Assembly: GCF_001194135.2 (NCBI RefSeq)
Contig: NC_068983.1
Location: 50,463,792-50,527,791 of the forward strand
Direction: 5' to 3'
From: Octopus bimaculoides
Taxonomy: Eukaryota
Length of the DNA: 64,000 nucleotides
Made by a program: the position numbers and the translations under genes. Positions 28,200 to 40,596 of this stretch are shown here, piece by piece; the stretch's first letter is position 1, and every line of letters starts with the position of its first letter. Below the pieces are notes generated by a model. The model had not been told where the DNA came from. It ran no database searches and saw only the letters and a program-made list of their open reading frames with translations.

Positions 28200-28685
28200 C
28201 ATAATGGTGTACAGAAACATTTACATGTTTCCAATAATCCCTTATATCAGTACACATCTGTTTTATCCTCAAAACTTTGGAATTGAGATTTGATCGAATT
28301 ATATTATGTAGATTATTTGAGTGGCGGTGGAGGTAAATATAGGATGAAGTGGGCTTGCAAAATAACCCTGTCACTATTCTGCCTCGGGAAAACTTTAATG
28401 TTCAAAACTTCAATGCTAGTTTTTGAAAAACTAGACGTAAATTTTACGTTGCATAACTGTCACAGAAATACAAGAAGTCAATTAAAGTATCTTGTGATCC
28501 TTCTCAAACAAAAACGACGTCATCAATTAGCCGTAAACAAAGTATCGGTTCATGATCGTGTCTCGAATTTTGTCTTGAACACAATAGCAGAAGGCATTCG
28601 TGCATGCTTCTACCCCTTCATCGTAGTCAATATTGGGACATTAGGAAGAAACCTCCATGGCTACCAAATAAAACAGTTTTCGACA
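28200..28685 (-). mobile_element. Penelope-like element reverse transcriptase relic
   Basis: Translation across stops and frameshifts gives VAM..PNIDY (GVAMG motif), LRLIDDVVFV*EGSQDTLIDFL (RYIDD motif) and GLFCKPTSSYIYLHRHS..IIRSNLNSKVLRIKQMC (the YRKPT..YL..S.HP..LR..IC thumb typical of PLE RTs). Confidence 0.7.
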
Positions 28686-28694
28686 AATGCATTG

Positions 28695-29157
28695 TTTTTT
28701 TTTTTGTTTTTGTTTTTTGCCATGCTCGTGGGAGTTTATTTCACTGGCTAAATAGTGTATAAAGTGTGTCTTGCATTTGTGGGTTGTTTTGATTAGGCTG
28801 TTTTATTGAAATGCTAGTGGCTTGCTAGTCTGTTCCTAACAGGACTATTTTCGGTTAGTGTGTAGCGTTGAGGATCCAGGTATAGCTTCTACATTTCTGG
28901 TCATAGAAATTTTTATCATGCCTAGAGCTCCAATTATTATTGGTCAATATCGAGGTCTTTGCACTTCGACAATTTCTCCACTTCTTTTGGGGTGGGGGGG
29001 GGCAATATTTTGATCAGAAGGCACTGCAACGTCTATCTATGAGGTGCTTTTTCCCCAATCCTTGACTATTATGTTTTAAAGATTAACTTTCATTTCTTTG
29101 TCGGTTTCATCCGGCATATTCCAGATGATTGTGATCTGATCGTTGTCTTGTACTTTG
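28695..29157 (-). mobile_element. R4/Dong-like LINE 3' end (RLE domain and 3'UTR)
   Basis: KVQDNDQITIIWNM..DKEMKVN..IIVKDW..IDVAVPSDQNIA..KEVEKLSKCKDL..PIIIGALGMIK..KIVLLGT. A-rich tail at about 28695-28720. Confidence 0.8.
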
Positions 29158-29524
29158 CTTGCAGGTGGGGGCTCAGTTAGAATTTCCTTCCGGCTGAATT
29201 GCTCGTCCCAATAAAACGGTCCGTATTCAACGAAATACCCATGTTTCCAAATCACAATGAATTCCTCTCAACAAATGGCTATTTATGCTCCCCCACTACT
29301 TTTGATCGTAATCAGAGATGCACATATCATCGGCCACTAATGGATATGCACAACTGGTCAAGGTAAAAAAAAAAGAAACTGACAAGCAAATCGTTGTATT
29401 GAGCAGAATATCTGCGGTAGCTCATCTTTCATACCAAGACAGAACAATGTACATGATAACATTTCCAATCGGTTAAGATCGTAAGCCATGAGAGCCACAA
29501 CCTTGTACTGCATCTGGGCATTAA

Positions 29525-29525
<1 letters not shown>
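29158..29525 (-). mobile_element. Non-tRNA SINE-like repeat, 5' part, fused to the LINE fragment
   Basis: Homologous to 30650-31105 (GAATTCCTCTCAAC..ATGCTCCCCCACTACTT..TCAGAGATGCACATATC). Its 5' end starts at an (AAT)n tract. Confidence 0.75.
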
Positions 29526-29570
<45 letters not shown>

Positions 29571-29909
29571 GATCATCATCATCATCATTATTATATCATA
29601 CTTGCATGTGTTGCGCGAATGATTATCGTTCTTGTCATGCCTCTACGTTCGCGAAATAAATAGCTGACTCACATCAAAAAGCAACAGAATGACTAAATAT
29701 AACTGTTGATAAAGTTTTTACGGAGACCGGATTATATTTCACCAAATGGTTGGTAATTTTTGATTTCAGTTTACACATTGATTTTTAATGTCAAATATTG
29801 ACACTCTTAAGCAAATATTAGATCTGATCCAAATAATCAATACGTTCAACGCCAATAATTGTTTTACACAGCATACTCTGTTAATCAGACCAAAATGCTA
29901 TAGAAACGA

Positions 29910-30250
29910 CAGTGATGATAAATATGATGACGATGATGATGACGATGTTGCTGATGATGACGATGTTTCTGATCATGACGAGACTGTTGATGATGACGAT
30001 GATGGTGATGTACATAAGGATGATGATGTTGGTGTTGATGAAGAGAGTAATGAGGACGATGACGTTTATGATGTTGATCATTATAATGAAGATGATGATG
30101 ATGAGGAGGAGGATGAGGAGGAGGCGACGGAGGAGAAGTAAGCGCAGGAAAATGTGTATTCCTATGATTACAATGGTGGTGAAGATGATGGTGTTGATGA
30201 TGACAATAACAACGATGACAATGATGATGATGATGATGATGATGATAACG
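29910..30250. repeat. Degenerate (GAT)n/(GAG)n low-complexity tract
   Basis: Direct reading. It generates spurious poly-D, poly-M and poly-H ORFs in several frames. Confidence 0.9.
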
Positions 30251-30349
30251 TGTTGTGAAGCACGCGATGAGCATTGTGATGATAATTGTGGCAATACGGT
30301 GACGATAACAATGACACTGATAAAATCGACAACAATAAATCACAGGGAT

Positions 30350-30364
30350 ATTATTATTATTATA

Positions 30365-30426
<62 letters not shown>

Positions 30427-30648
30427 CATTATTTTATGTTTGACTTTTGTTTTGCATTTGTACAAGTTGGATCCAAGTCTCACCCAGAGACCTCAAGAGA
30501 CAAGTTAGAAGTTGATGTAGGTGTTATGGCTAGGGTATATCATTATTATTATCATTATTATTATTATTGGTGTTGTTGTTGTTGTTGCTATTATTATTAT
30601 TGTTATTATTATTATTATCATTATTATTATCATTTTTATTATTATCAT
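30350..30648. repeat. (TTA)n microsatellite tracts interrupted by a ~110-bp insert
   Basis: Direct reading: 30350-30430 and 30540-30648. Confidence 0.9.
30431..30540 (-). mobile_element. Short 3'-terminal retroposon fragment embedded in (TAA)n (probably Dong-like 3'UTR)
   Basis: Unique ~110 bp (..CTTGAGGTCTCTGGGTGAGACTTGGATCC..) flanked on both sides by (AAT)n. The family assignment is inferred from context. Confidence 0.45.
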
Positions 30649-30649
30649 T

Positions 30650-31105
30650 GAGTGAGAGGTCAGTGCATGCCATCATGGTTACACTGGGGTAAAATATACT
30701 AAGCCCAATATGCCCATCATCACTAAGCGTCTGATAAGGATACACCAAGCACATGCATGACAACCATATGTGCGTGACATGTTGATTTCATTTCAAGATA
30801 AACAGCACAAGACAGGTGTGGCCCATTTAGAAATTTCTTCAGCTTGAGTAGCCTATTCCGCCCAAAAGGACCCTGCATAAGAGTTCCTTAAATATGTTGA
30901 ACGAAATAGCCATGTTTCTAAAGGTGAATTATTCAAACCCCAAAGAATTCCTCTCAACACAGGGCTCTAATGCTCCCCCACTACTTCTGCTCGTGATCAG
31001 AGATGCACATATCGCCAACCACTAAAAGACATGTTTAACTGGTTAAAGTATAAAAGTTGACAAGAAAATCTATGGTATCGAGGATAATATTTTCTGTAGC
31101 CCATC
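30650..31105 (-). mobile_element. Non-tRNA SINE-like repeat with an (AAT)n tail, embedded in a (TAA)n tract
   Basis: A second copy lies at 29158-29525. Both ends abut (TTA)n/(TTG)n microsatellite and no coding similarity was seen. Confidence 0.75.
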
Positions 31106-31106
31106 T

Positions 31107-31116
31107 ATTGTTGTTG

Positions 31117-31184
<68 letters not shown>

Positions 31185-31212
31185 GTTGTTGTTGTTGCTG
31201 TTGTTTTTATTA
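31107..31212. repeat. (TTG)/(TTA)n microsatellite
   Basis: Direct reading. Confidence 0.95.
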
Positions 31213-32945
31213 TTCCTTCGTAACAATGTGTTGGTGAAAATGCACCGGAGTCTTTAGTTATCTGTCAAATCACAAGGACCACAGGCAGATAATACAGTAC
31301 TTAAGATGTGCTCTGTGCTCTATAAGTCTACTTTTAGCAAGACAAAAATCTCCACAGGATTTCCAGTTGCTTTAAGAAGTCTTGAAGTTTCAATGGGATT
31401 GAGCCCAACGCTCCGATCATCACTGGCATCACTTTTACATTACCCTCTCGCATTCCATACAGTCTTGCCATTTTCACTTTCAATTCGGAGTACTTGGTTA
31501 ATTTTTCAACCTCTCTAATCACAACATTCATGTCATTGGGTATGGCTACATCAATGATCTGACACTATTTGTCTGTCTTATAAGGTACGGCAATATCCGG
31601 TCGACGATATTCGATTACACGATCCGGCTGAAAATCATAGTCCCCGACTATCGTTAATTTTCCATTCTCTTGAATAACTTTACTTGGTACATGCTCATTC
31701 CAGTTCTCTGTTACTTCATATTGGTATTTATGGCATAAGAGCCAATGCAAATACACACACACACACACACTTTATCGTGGAGGCGTTTGCATTCTTTTTG
31801 TGCAAGGTTCTCACATTCACTTATCAAGTGGGTCGCATTTCCCACACACTTTCCACAGAGTCTGCATTTCAGGGTGTCAAAAGTTTCAGTGAAGTATAGC
31901 ATAAATGCTATACTTCACTGAAATGGTAGCGAGAGCATGGTCTTGTGCAGCAATGATCAGGCTTTTGATGGTATGCTTCAAATCACTTTGCTCAATCCAT
32001 GCGCACGATGCTGTACTACCCTTAACGTCTTGTGTATTCTTTTCAAACTGTCCATGCATTCTTATTTGAAGAAGGTCTTCTTTTCTCTTCTCCTCAGATC
32101 TTTGGTTGAACTCTGCATTGCCTATCATTTTATCNNNNNNNNNNNNNNNNNNNNNNNNNNNNNNNNNNNNNNNNNNNNNNNNNNNNNNNNNNNNNNNNNN
32201 NNNNNNNNNNNNNNNNNNNNNNNNNNNNNNNNNNNNNNNNNNNNNNNNNNNNNNNNNNNNNNNNNNNNNNNNNNNNNNNNNNNNNNNNNNNNNNNNNNNN
32301 NNNNNNNNNNNNNNNNNNNNNNNNNNNNNNNNNNNNNNNNNNNNNNNNNNNNNNNNNNNNNNNNNNNNNNNNNNNNNNNNNNNNNNNNNNNNNNNNNNNN
32401 NNNNNNNNNNNNNNNNNNNNNNNNNNNNNNNNNNNNNNNNNNNNNNNNNNNNNNNNNNNNNNNNNNNNNNNNNNNNNNNNNNNNNNNNNNNNNNNNNNNN
32501 NNNNNNNNNNNNNNNNNNNNNNNNNNNNNNNNNNNNNNNNNNNNNNNNNNNNNNNNNCCATGCAGCATCATCGATTTTCTTGTCCTCCTATCCAGTGTTG
32601 ATATTTCCTCCTTAGTCCATTTGAGGATGGACCCACTATATCTGCCCAGATATTCATTACGGTAATCAAAGTTTTGGCATTCAGGCTGGATTCACCTTTT
32701 TTATACACCTCACTGGCTTTGACTTTTATTTCTGTGTGTAGAACGTCATCCAGTTTCATAATCCCTAAATATCTAAACCCACTACCGTCGGGCTCACCCA
32801 TGGTCTCTCCTGATGTTAACCACAATCCTCTGCAGGCTGCTTTCTTTTGCCCTCTTTTTATATTAAGTACTGAGAATTTGGTAGTCCCGAATTCCATACC
32901 GATGTCTCTATCACATTTCTGGACTGATTTGGTTAAGGAATTTAT
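31213..32945 (-). mobile_element. R4/Dong-like RLE non-LTR retrotransposon, 5'-truncated and frameshifted (RT end, CCHC knuckle, RLE)
   Basis: DIGMEFG..K..GFRYLGI (RT 3' motifs); HGQFEK..SLIIAAQDHALAT; KCRLCGK..THLISECENLAQKECKRLHDKV; RRPDIAV..EVEKLTKYSELK..VMPVMIGALGSIP. Ends in (AAT)n. There is a gap at 32135-32558. Confidence 0.9.
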
Positions 32946-32946
32946 A

Positions 32947-33037
32947 TTCTTCTTCTTCTTCTTCTTCTTCTTCTTCTTCTTCTTTTTCTTCTTCTTCTTC
33001 TTCTTCTTCTTCTTCTTCTTCTTTTTCTTCTTCTTCT
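32947..33037. repeat. (TTC)n microsatellite
   Basis: Direct reading. It runs into a gap. Confidence 0.95.
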
Positions 33038-33710
33038 NNNNNNNNNNNNNNNNNNNNNNNNNNNNNNNNNNNNNNNNNNNNNNNNNNNNNNNNNNNNNNN
33101 NNNNNNNNNNNNNNNNNNNNNNNNNNNNNNNNNNNNNNNNNNNNNNNNNNNNNNNNNNNNNNNNNNNNNNNNNNNNNNNNNNNNNNNNNNNNNNNNNNNN
33201 NNNNNNNNNNNNNNNNNNNNNNNNNNNNNNNNNNNNNNNNNNNNNNNNNNNNNNNNNNNNNNNNNNNNNNNNNNNNNNNNNNNNNNNNNNNNNNNNNNNN
33301 NNNNNNNNNNNNNNNNNNNNNNNNNNNNNNNNNNNNNNNNNNNNNNNNNNNNNNNNNNNNNNNNNNNNNNNNNNNNNNNNNNNNNNNNNNNNNNNNNNNN
33401 NNNNNNNNNNNNNNNNNNNNNNNNNNNNNNNNNNNNNNNNNNNNNNNNNNNNNNNNNNNNNNNNNNNNNNNNNNNNNNNNNNNNNNNNNNNNNNNNNNNN
33501 NNNNNNNNNNNNNNNNNNNNNNNNNNNNNNNNNNNNNNNNNNNNNNNNNNNNNNNNNNNNNNNNNNNNNNNNNNNNNNNNNNNNNNNNNNNNNNNNNNNN
33601 NNNNNNNNNNNNNNNNNNNNNNNNNNNNNNNNNNNNNNNNNNNNNNNNNNNNNNNNNNNNNNNCTCCACATATTCTACAGTTACTTGTTATCATATTCTA
33701 CAGTTACTTG

Positions 33711-33713
<3 letters not shown>

Positions 33714-33771
<58 letters not shown>

Positions 33772-33925
33772 GAAGTAGTAGTGGTAGTAGTAGTAGCAGT
33801 AGGAGTTGTAGTAGTAGTAGTAATAGTAGTAGTAGTAGTAGTATCAACAACGTTGACGGCGTTGGTGGTGGCGGTGGTGGTCGTGGTCGTGGTGGTGGTC
33901 GTGGTGGTCGTGGCAGCGGTTTTGG
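33714..33925. repeat. Compound (TTA)n-(GTA)n-(GTG/GTC)n microsatellite
   Basis: Direct reading. Confidence 0.9.
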
Positions 33926-35444
33926 TGTATTTATTATTATGATAGAAAAGAAAGCGATTTAGCGATATTAAGAACTTAAGAGTTCGAGAAGGACAGAGAC
34001 CTGTATTTCCCAATACAGGATTTTGGAGATGATGATGTCAAAATGTTTGTAAAAAAAAAAATTTAAGTATTATAAAAGTCAAAAACAAAAATGTGTAAAA
34101 AGCGTGAAATATTCAACAAAAACTGCAGTGTAAGAAAGGAGAGATAGAAGAAAGAGATAAGGATGATGCATGGAACAGAACGAGAAAGTGAGAAAATCAC
34201 CATCGCACCAACCACAATTAAATTTAACGACACTCCATACATAAAAACATCACATGCCAGAAAGAGCGAGGGAGTCTGAGAGATAGGAAGGCGAGAAAGT
34301 ATGAATGCAAACGCTAGAAATATGAAAAATCAAGTATTCAATATAAACGTTGCTTCAGGACATGAAAAACGAAGTAAAAAATATTTTACGTCTGAATACA
34401 AATGGAAATTTTTAGAAGTAAATTTTATTAACAGGGATTTGAGAGAAACGAATTTAATAATACAATAAGTGTATGAATATATGTATGAAGGATATTCAAT
34501 GTATGCGAATATTGTGTGCATACATGGTGTTGTGTGTATTGGGCATATTTATATGTGTGTTACGATCGGCCGGATTGTACATATTGATAAAATAATATAC
34601 ACATATTCAAATGTGTACTTCTAAAACTGTAAATGTGTGTGTGTATGTGTGTGTGCATGTGTCTATAATTTATATGCATTGTACATGCATATTAACAAAT
34701 TTGTTTCTGCGTGCTATAAATATATATATANNNNNNNNNNACACATTCAGACAGAGACTGACATATGTATATGAGTATATGTATATATGTGTATAAACAT
34801 TTATATATCCCATCAAATATTTAAATTAAAACCAAATATTCTAAAAATACGGAATTGATTGAATTTTTGAAAATAAAACATTCTGTTGGTTAATGAGAGA
34901 TCAATGAAAATATAGTTAGGAAATAAATATAGTACAAATAGAAATATGTCGATTATTGTGACTATCGCGACAACGAATAAGGACAGTGATGTTGGGAGTA
35001 TCGTTATCTAGAATGCCGTTGAAAATAAGGATAATGAGGAGGAGAAGGAGGAGGAGGAGAAGAATTAGAAGGGAGAGGAGTAGCAGAATGAGCAGAGGAG
35101 CATGAGGAGCAGCCGGTGGAAAAAATGTTGTCGACAATGACAATGATGGTGATGATGGCGTTGGCACCTGTGAACATTAAGATGGTAATTATAATTATAT
35201 GCAACGATAATAAGAATAATGTTAATGATGACGATGGGAATGTTGACGGTGACAGTGATGTTGAAGATTTGAATAGCAAATTTCAGAAAAGGAAATGAAA
35301 GATGTGAAACAGGACAGTTGATATGTAAGAAGGAATGTCTGTTGATTTTTATTTCCGATATACTCTGTACATGATGGCAAATGAGGTTGAAGGTGTTGTG
35401 ATGCGTCTTCTATTTCTGTGTGGAGACATTTCAGTCATATTTCT

Positions 35445-35680
35445 TATTTCCTTCTTGCCCACAAGGGGCTAAACATAGAGGGGGGGACAAACAAGGACAG
35501 ACAAAGGGCTTAATTCGATTACATCGACTCCAGTGCGTAACTGGTACTTAATTTATCGACCCCAAAATGATGAAAGATAAAGTCGACCTCAGCGGAATTT
35601 GAACTCAGATCGTAACGGCAGACGAAATACCACTAAGCATTTCGCCCGGCGTGCTAACGTTTCTGCCAGCTGGCCGCCTT
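35445..35680 (-). mobile_element. tRNA-derived SINE, family A, full length
   Basis: Reverse complement begins AAGGCGGCCAGCTGGCAGAAACGTTAGCACGCCGGGCGAAATGC. 13-bp TSD with 1 mismatch, CAG(T/G)CATATTTCT (35432-35444 and 35681-35693). Confidence 0.9.
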
Positions 35681-35816
35681 CAGGCATATTTCTGCGTCTG
35701 CATAAAGGTTATATGTATCTATATATTTGCAAACTTATTAAACGTGTATGTGTGTGTACTTGTGTGTGATTGCCTCTGCATTTAGCAACAGAAAAGGTTC
35801 GCATTTTAAAAATCTT

Positions 35817-36020
35817 TTGTTTGTTTTGGTCATTGAATCATTGAACGCAGACACGCTGGTGCACACTCTTCAAATATGAAATATGCAAACTCGACCACAG
35901 TACAAATTCTTTTTAAAAGTCTGATACTTTTCTATCGATCACTTTTGTCGACCCGCTACCTTACGGAGAAATTAACAAAGCAACACCAGTTGTCAAGTGA
36001 TGCGGAGCGACAAACAGATT
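35817..36020 (-). mobile_element. SINE family B, old 3' half
   Basis: Diverged match to 47385-47560 (..CGCTGGTGCAC..TTCTATCGATCACTTTTGTCGACCCGCTACCTTACGG..CACCAGTTGTCAAG). Confidence 0.6.
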
Positions 36021-36487
36021 CAAAATGAAAATCGCATACACACACACGTGCGCATATATGTGTAGCGTGTGCTAGCATAGAGGCATATAACGTCTAATAA
36101 TGTAGTCAAACCAAGGAATGATATGTTGTATATGTTAAATATTGTGCGTTTCCGATAATAGATTGAAAGGAAATTCGACTTTTAATCAAAATCTTCGTTA
36201 GATTAGACATATCAAATATGATCACATTGATGGGATTAACCTACTAAGCATGGTCAAGAAGTTTGTAACGCCTACTACATGAGGAGACGACATGGCACGA
36301 AGGAATTGAATATTTATACGGAGAAAAATGGAAAGGGAGAGAAAGAGGATACATAAGAGGGGAAAGGGTATCAGAAAAGGGATTAAAAGGGATTAGTAGA
36401 GTAGTTTAAGGGCAGTGGAAAGGGAAGAGGAAGGGTCATCTAAATATCTGAATAAATAAATGTACTTAAGAACTATAGACTGTAAGC

Positions 36488-36605
<118 letters not shown>

Positions 36606-36799
36606 TGATAATATAAATAATAATAAAGTGTGGCGTGTTAGTCTTGAAAAGAGTCAAAACCCAATGTATGGACGGGCTGGCGATACTGTCGGGGATGTTA
36701 TGTGGCAGATAGAAGAGACGGGCTGTAAGTACTTGAGAATATTGTAAATAGATAAGTTGATAGAGAAAGGAATGACCGAAAAAATTAAGGTGGAAGAGT

Positions 36800-37164
36800 T
36801 GTGCAGACTCGACGATTTTCACATGTCGACATTCTTTAGGCCAACCTGGGAACGTCTAAACCACTCGTACACTTCTGAGTGGCTGATACACACCTCTCCA
36901 TGCTCATTATTTTTTTCAAATTTGCGTAGGTCTCTGACCTGATATCGCCATGATAAATTTCCTGTCATAGTCAATGCGTCGACCACGCGCTACACATGTT
37001 CCATCTAAGGACTTCTGTAAACAGCGAAAGTGGCCTTGAACGTTAAGATTTAATGCATATGCGCATCAGTGCTTAAGATCAGTCTTTACCAAGCGGCGTC
37101 ACTCTACATGGTTTAGCTTCGTTAGTATGGCAACAGTCCAAATACTTACTGATCAGACTTCGTA
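36800..37164 (-). mobile_element. mariner 5' fragment (TIR and start of transposase HTH)
   Basis: TA followed by CGAAGTCTGATCAGTAAGTATTTGGACTG TIR, collinear with 49553-49870. Encodes a ..SEVYEWFRR.. HTH remnant. Confidence 0.8.
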
Positions 37165-37692
37165 TCATGATGTCTAGGTACCACAGAAATAGACAGTTTG
37201 CCACATACTATTTTAAAATGTCCAATGAATAGCTATGTATCAGAAATATAACACCCTGTTCCATTAAAACATACTGTCTACAATTTGAAAACCAAATAAT
37301 AAATTATTAAACACAGTTTGCCAAAGATTGTTGCCAGGTTGCTTCATGCCAGGCCAGGAATTTCTAAGAAAATGTGAGGTTGTACTATGATCAGATAAGT
37401 ATGGTCTCATATTATAATATACATACATAAGAGAAAGTGATAAAAAGATCCTCTCATGGGTAAGAGAAAATACAGAAAGATCAGTTAATNNNNNNNNNNN
37501 NNNNNNNNNNNNNNNNNNNNNNNNNNNNNNNNNNNNNNNNNNNNNNNNNNNNNNNNNNNNNNNNNNNNNNNNNNNNNNNNNNNNNNNNNNNNNNNNNNNN
37601 NNNNNNNNNNNNNNNNNNNNNNNNNNNNNNNNNNNNNNNNNNNNNNNNNNNNNNNNNNNNNNNNNNNNNNNNNNNNNNNNNNNNNNNNNNNN

Positions 37693-37724
<32 letters not shown>

Positions 37725-38546
37725 TTGTCTAGTTATACTCTTCAGCACAGCTTGTGCACACTTCACATGCACACATCTATGCAACCATACACCTATAAAT
37801 TTTCAGAGAAAATATATCTTTACTTATCCACCAATTGCGATGCATATTTGTATATTTTACATTTTTCTATAAATCTAGAGACATAATATGGAATTTGATA
37901 TTTCATCTCAGATTTCTGAAAATAAAGTACATCTATCGATATGAGTAGTTTTTTTGTTTATAATTTACAACGGCTTTTATGTTAATAACAGTTGCATTAT
38001 ATTTTGTCAAATAAATGTTTCAAAAACACATAAAACGCAATTACGGAAAAATTAGATATAGCAAGAGACGCACAGTGTTCATAATTATTAAATTTTTCCT
38101 TCGGTCGTTGAATTCACATTTAGTCACGAAATAGAATGGAAGAAGAAAAATACAAACACATCTATACACAACGCTCGTTATATATTCATAAATATAAGTA
38201 AACTGTCTACATATGAATATGTAAACATACAAACATAGAAACTGATACTCACGCAGGCACAGGCACAGACAAATGGCACACACACACATACGCACACGCA
38301 CCCGGGCACACACGTATATATATAAATGTATGCATACATACACATACACGATGTAAATCAACGAGAGATCTCCATTTAAAAGGAAAGTTGGTCATATGCA
38401 GTTGTATATAAAAGTACATTGCAATAAATTATATAGATCGTTCATTAATTATTCCTAAAGTCTTTGGATTGCAAATGATATGTGAATAGAAACATTCTCA
38501 CACCATCACACCCATACAAATGTACACGCATACATATAAACTTGCA

Positions 38547-38577
<31 letters not shown>

Positions 38578-38952
38578 NNNNNNNNNNNNNNNNNNNNNNN
38601 NNNNNNNNNNNNNNNNNNNNNNNNNNNNNNNNNNNNNNNNNNNNNNNNNNNNNNNNNNNNNNNNNNNNNNNNNNNNNNNNNNNNNNNNNNNNNNNNNNNN
38701 NNNNNNNNNNNNNNNNNNNNNNNNNNNNNNNNNNNNNNNNNNNNNNNNNNNNNNNNNNNNNNNNNNNNNNNNNNNNNNNNNNNNNNNNNNNNNNNNNNNN
38801 NNNNNNNNNNNNNNNNNNNNNNNNNNNNNNNNNNATATATATACATATATATATACATATATGTATATCAATGTATATACATATATAACTATATATATAT
38901 ATAATATATATAATTTATATGTGTGTGTGTAAGCATATACATGAATATGTAT

Positions 38953-38983
<31 letters not shown>

Positions 38984-39437
38984 AGCATACGACGATAATG
39001 TTCTGCGTGTAATAATAAAATATAATGTATGTTGATCACATGTGGTCGTATTTTATAATAAATCGCTCACAACAAACAATACAAAATATATACTTCAATT
39101 GTTACAACGAATTAGCATGGGAAATGAATTATGAATACAAAGACATGTCCTTAAATTTATGTAAGTATTCATATATCTGTATGTCGACATGCACGTGCAA
39201 ATATAATAGATAACCATCGCTCATAATCTCACATTAGCATATAAACACATACATTGGTTTGTAATTTCAAGTAATTTAATATGATTTTCAAATCAGTTCT
39301 TTTCCTTTGATAACGGTTTACATTTTGAGGGAAATGGGGAGGCGGCATATATTCTAATTGATAAAGCACAGACATACACATATGTATGCTTGCATGAACA
39401 ATTTACACAAATTCATACTAACATACACGCACTCACA

Positions 39438-39478
<41 letters not shown>

Positions 39479-39775
39479 ACACACACACACACACATANNN
39501 NNNNNNNNNNNNNNNNNNNNNNNNNNNNNNNNNNNNNNNNNNNNNNNNNNNNNNNNNNNNNNNNNNNNNNNNNNNNNNNNNNNNNNNNNNNNNNNNNNNN
39601 NNNNNNNNNNNNNNNNNNNNNNNNNNNNNNNNNNNNNNNNNNNNNNNNNNNNNNNNNNNNNNNNNNNNNNNNNNNNNNNNNNNNNNNNNNNNNNNNNNNN
39701 NNNNNNNNNNNNNNNNNNNNNNNNNNNNNTATATATATATATACATATACAGAGGAGTGTATATGTATATGAATG

Positions 39776-39844
<69 letters not shown>

Positions 39845-40099
39845 TTAACTCTGTGTGCATATGCATGCATATGAATATTTGTGTGTGTATGTGTTTGTGT
39901 GCGTGTGATGTGTGTATTTGTGTCTAGAGATATCGCATATAATATATGCGTTTTCATTTTAGATAGACACTGTATAACTAATTAATTTCATCTATTTGAA
40001 ATTGTTAAGCAGAACGTTTGAGACAATATGTCATTTTAAAATTAATTTATATGTGCTACTGCCTGAGTCTGATTGCCTAATATATATGTATCATTATAA

Positions 40100-40100
<1 letters not shown>

Positions 40101-40157
<57 letters not shown>
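40101..40157. repeat. (CTAT)n tetranucleotide microsatellite
   Basis: Direct reading. Confidence 0.95.
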
Positions 40158-40158
<1 letters not shown>

Positions 40159-40596
40159 ACTGCTTGTTTGTGTCTAAAAGTCTTTTCCAGCTAGCGATTC
40201 TCATTGTATGCTAAACCAAACGAGGAATGATCTTAGGCCCAAGACAATCTCGATATGAATTTGCTATTTAACATCTCCATATGACTTATGCATAGATTCT
40301 TCAGCTGTGTAAGCCTTAATTGTTTTTGCTGCAAGCAGGCAGAATTTCTGGTAGTTAATATAGTAGACCTCAGATTTAAACCTTTCGTTCGTCGGGTACG
40401 CTTCAGCGAACTTCATTTCATTTTATTATACGTCTGGAAAATGCAAATAGGGGTGGCTACATCTTACGGTAAACACAAAATCGTAAACCACCCAGCTTTT
40501 ACGTCTTCCAGGGATATAGTCAAATGAAATTGTGCCCTCTTAAGCGTACACAAGGTTTAAAAGAATTAAAATGGAGTGTCCAAAATGTGTTGTAAG

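Noticed and set aside
29788-30508. Long Asp/Glu-, Met- and His-rich ORFs
   Set aside because: They arise from degenerate (GAT)n repeats that are open in several frames on both strands.
36640-36723. Possible 83-nt exon ending at a GTAAGT donor (LEKSQNPMYGRAGDTVGDVMWQIEETG)
   Set aside because: The acceptor is weak, the site lies between a microsatellite and a mariner relic, and I recognise no homology.
37300-37420. WPGMKQ resembling the Gypsy integrase zinc-binding region
   Set aside because: The match is only a few residues, with no HHCC or DDE motifs nearby.
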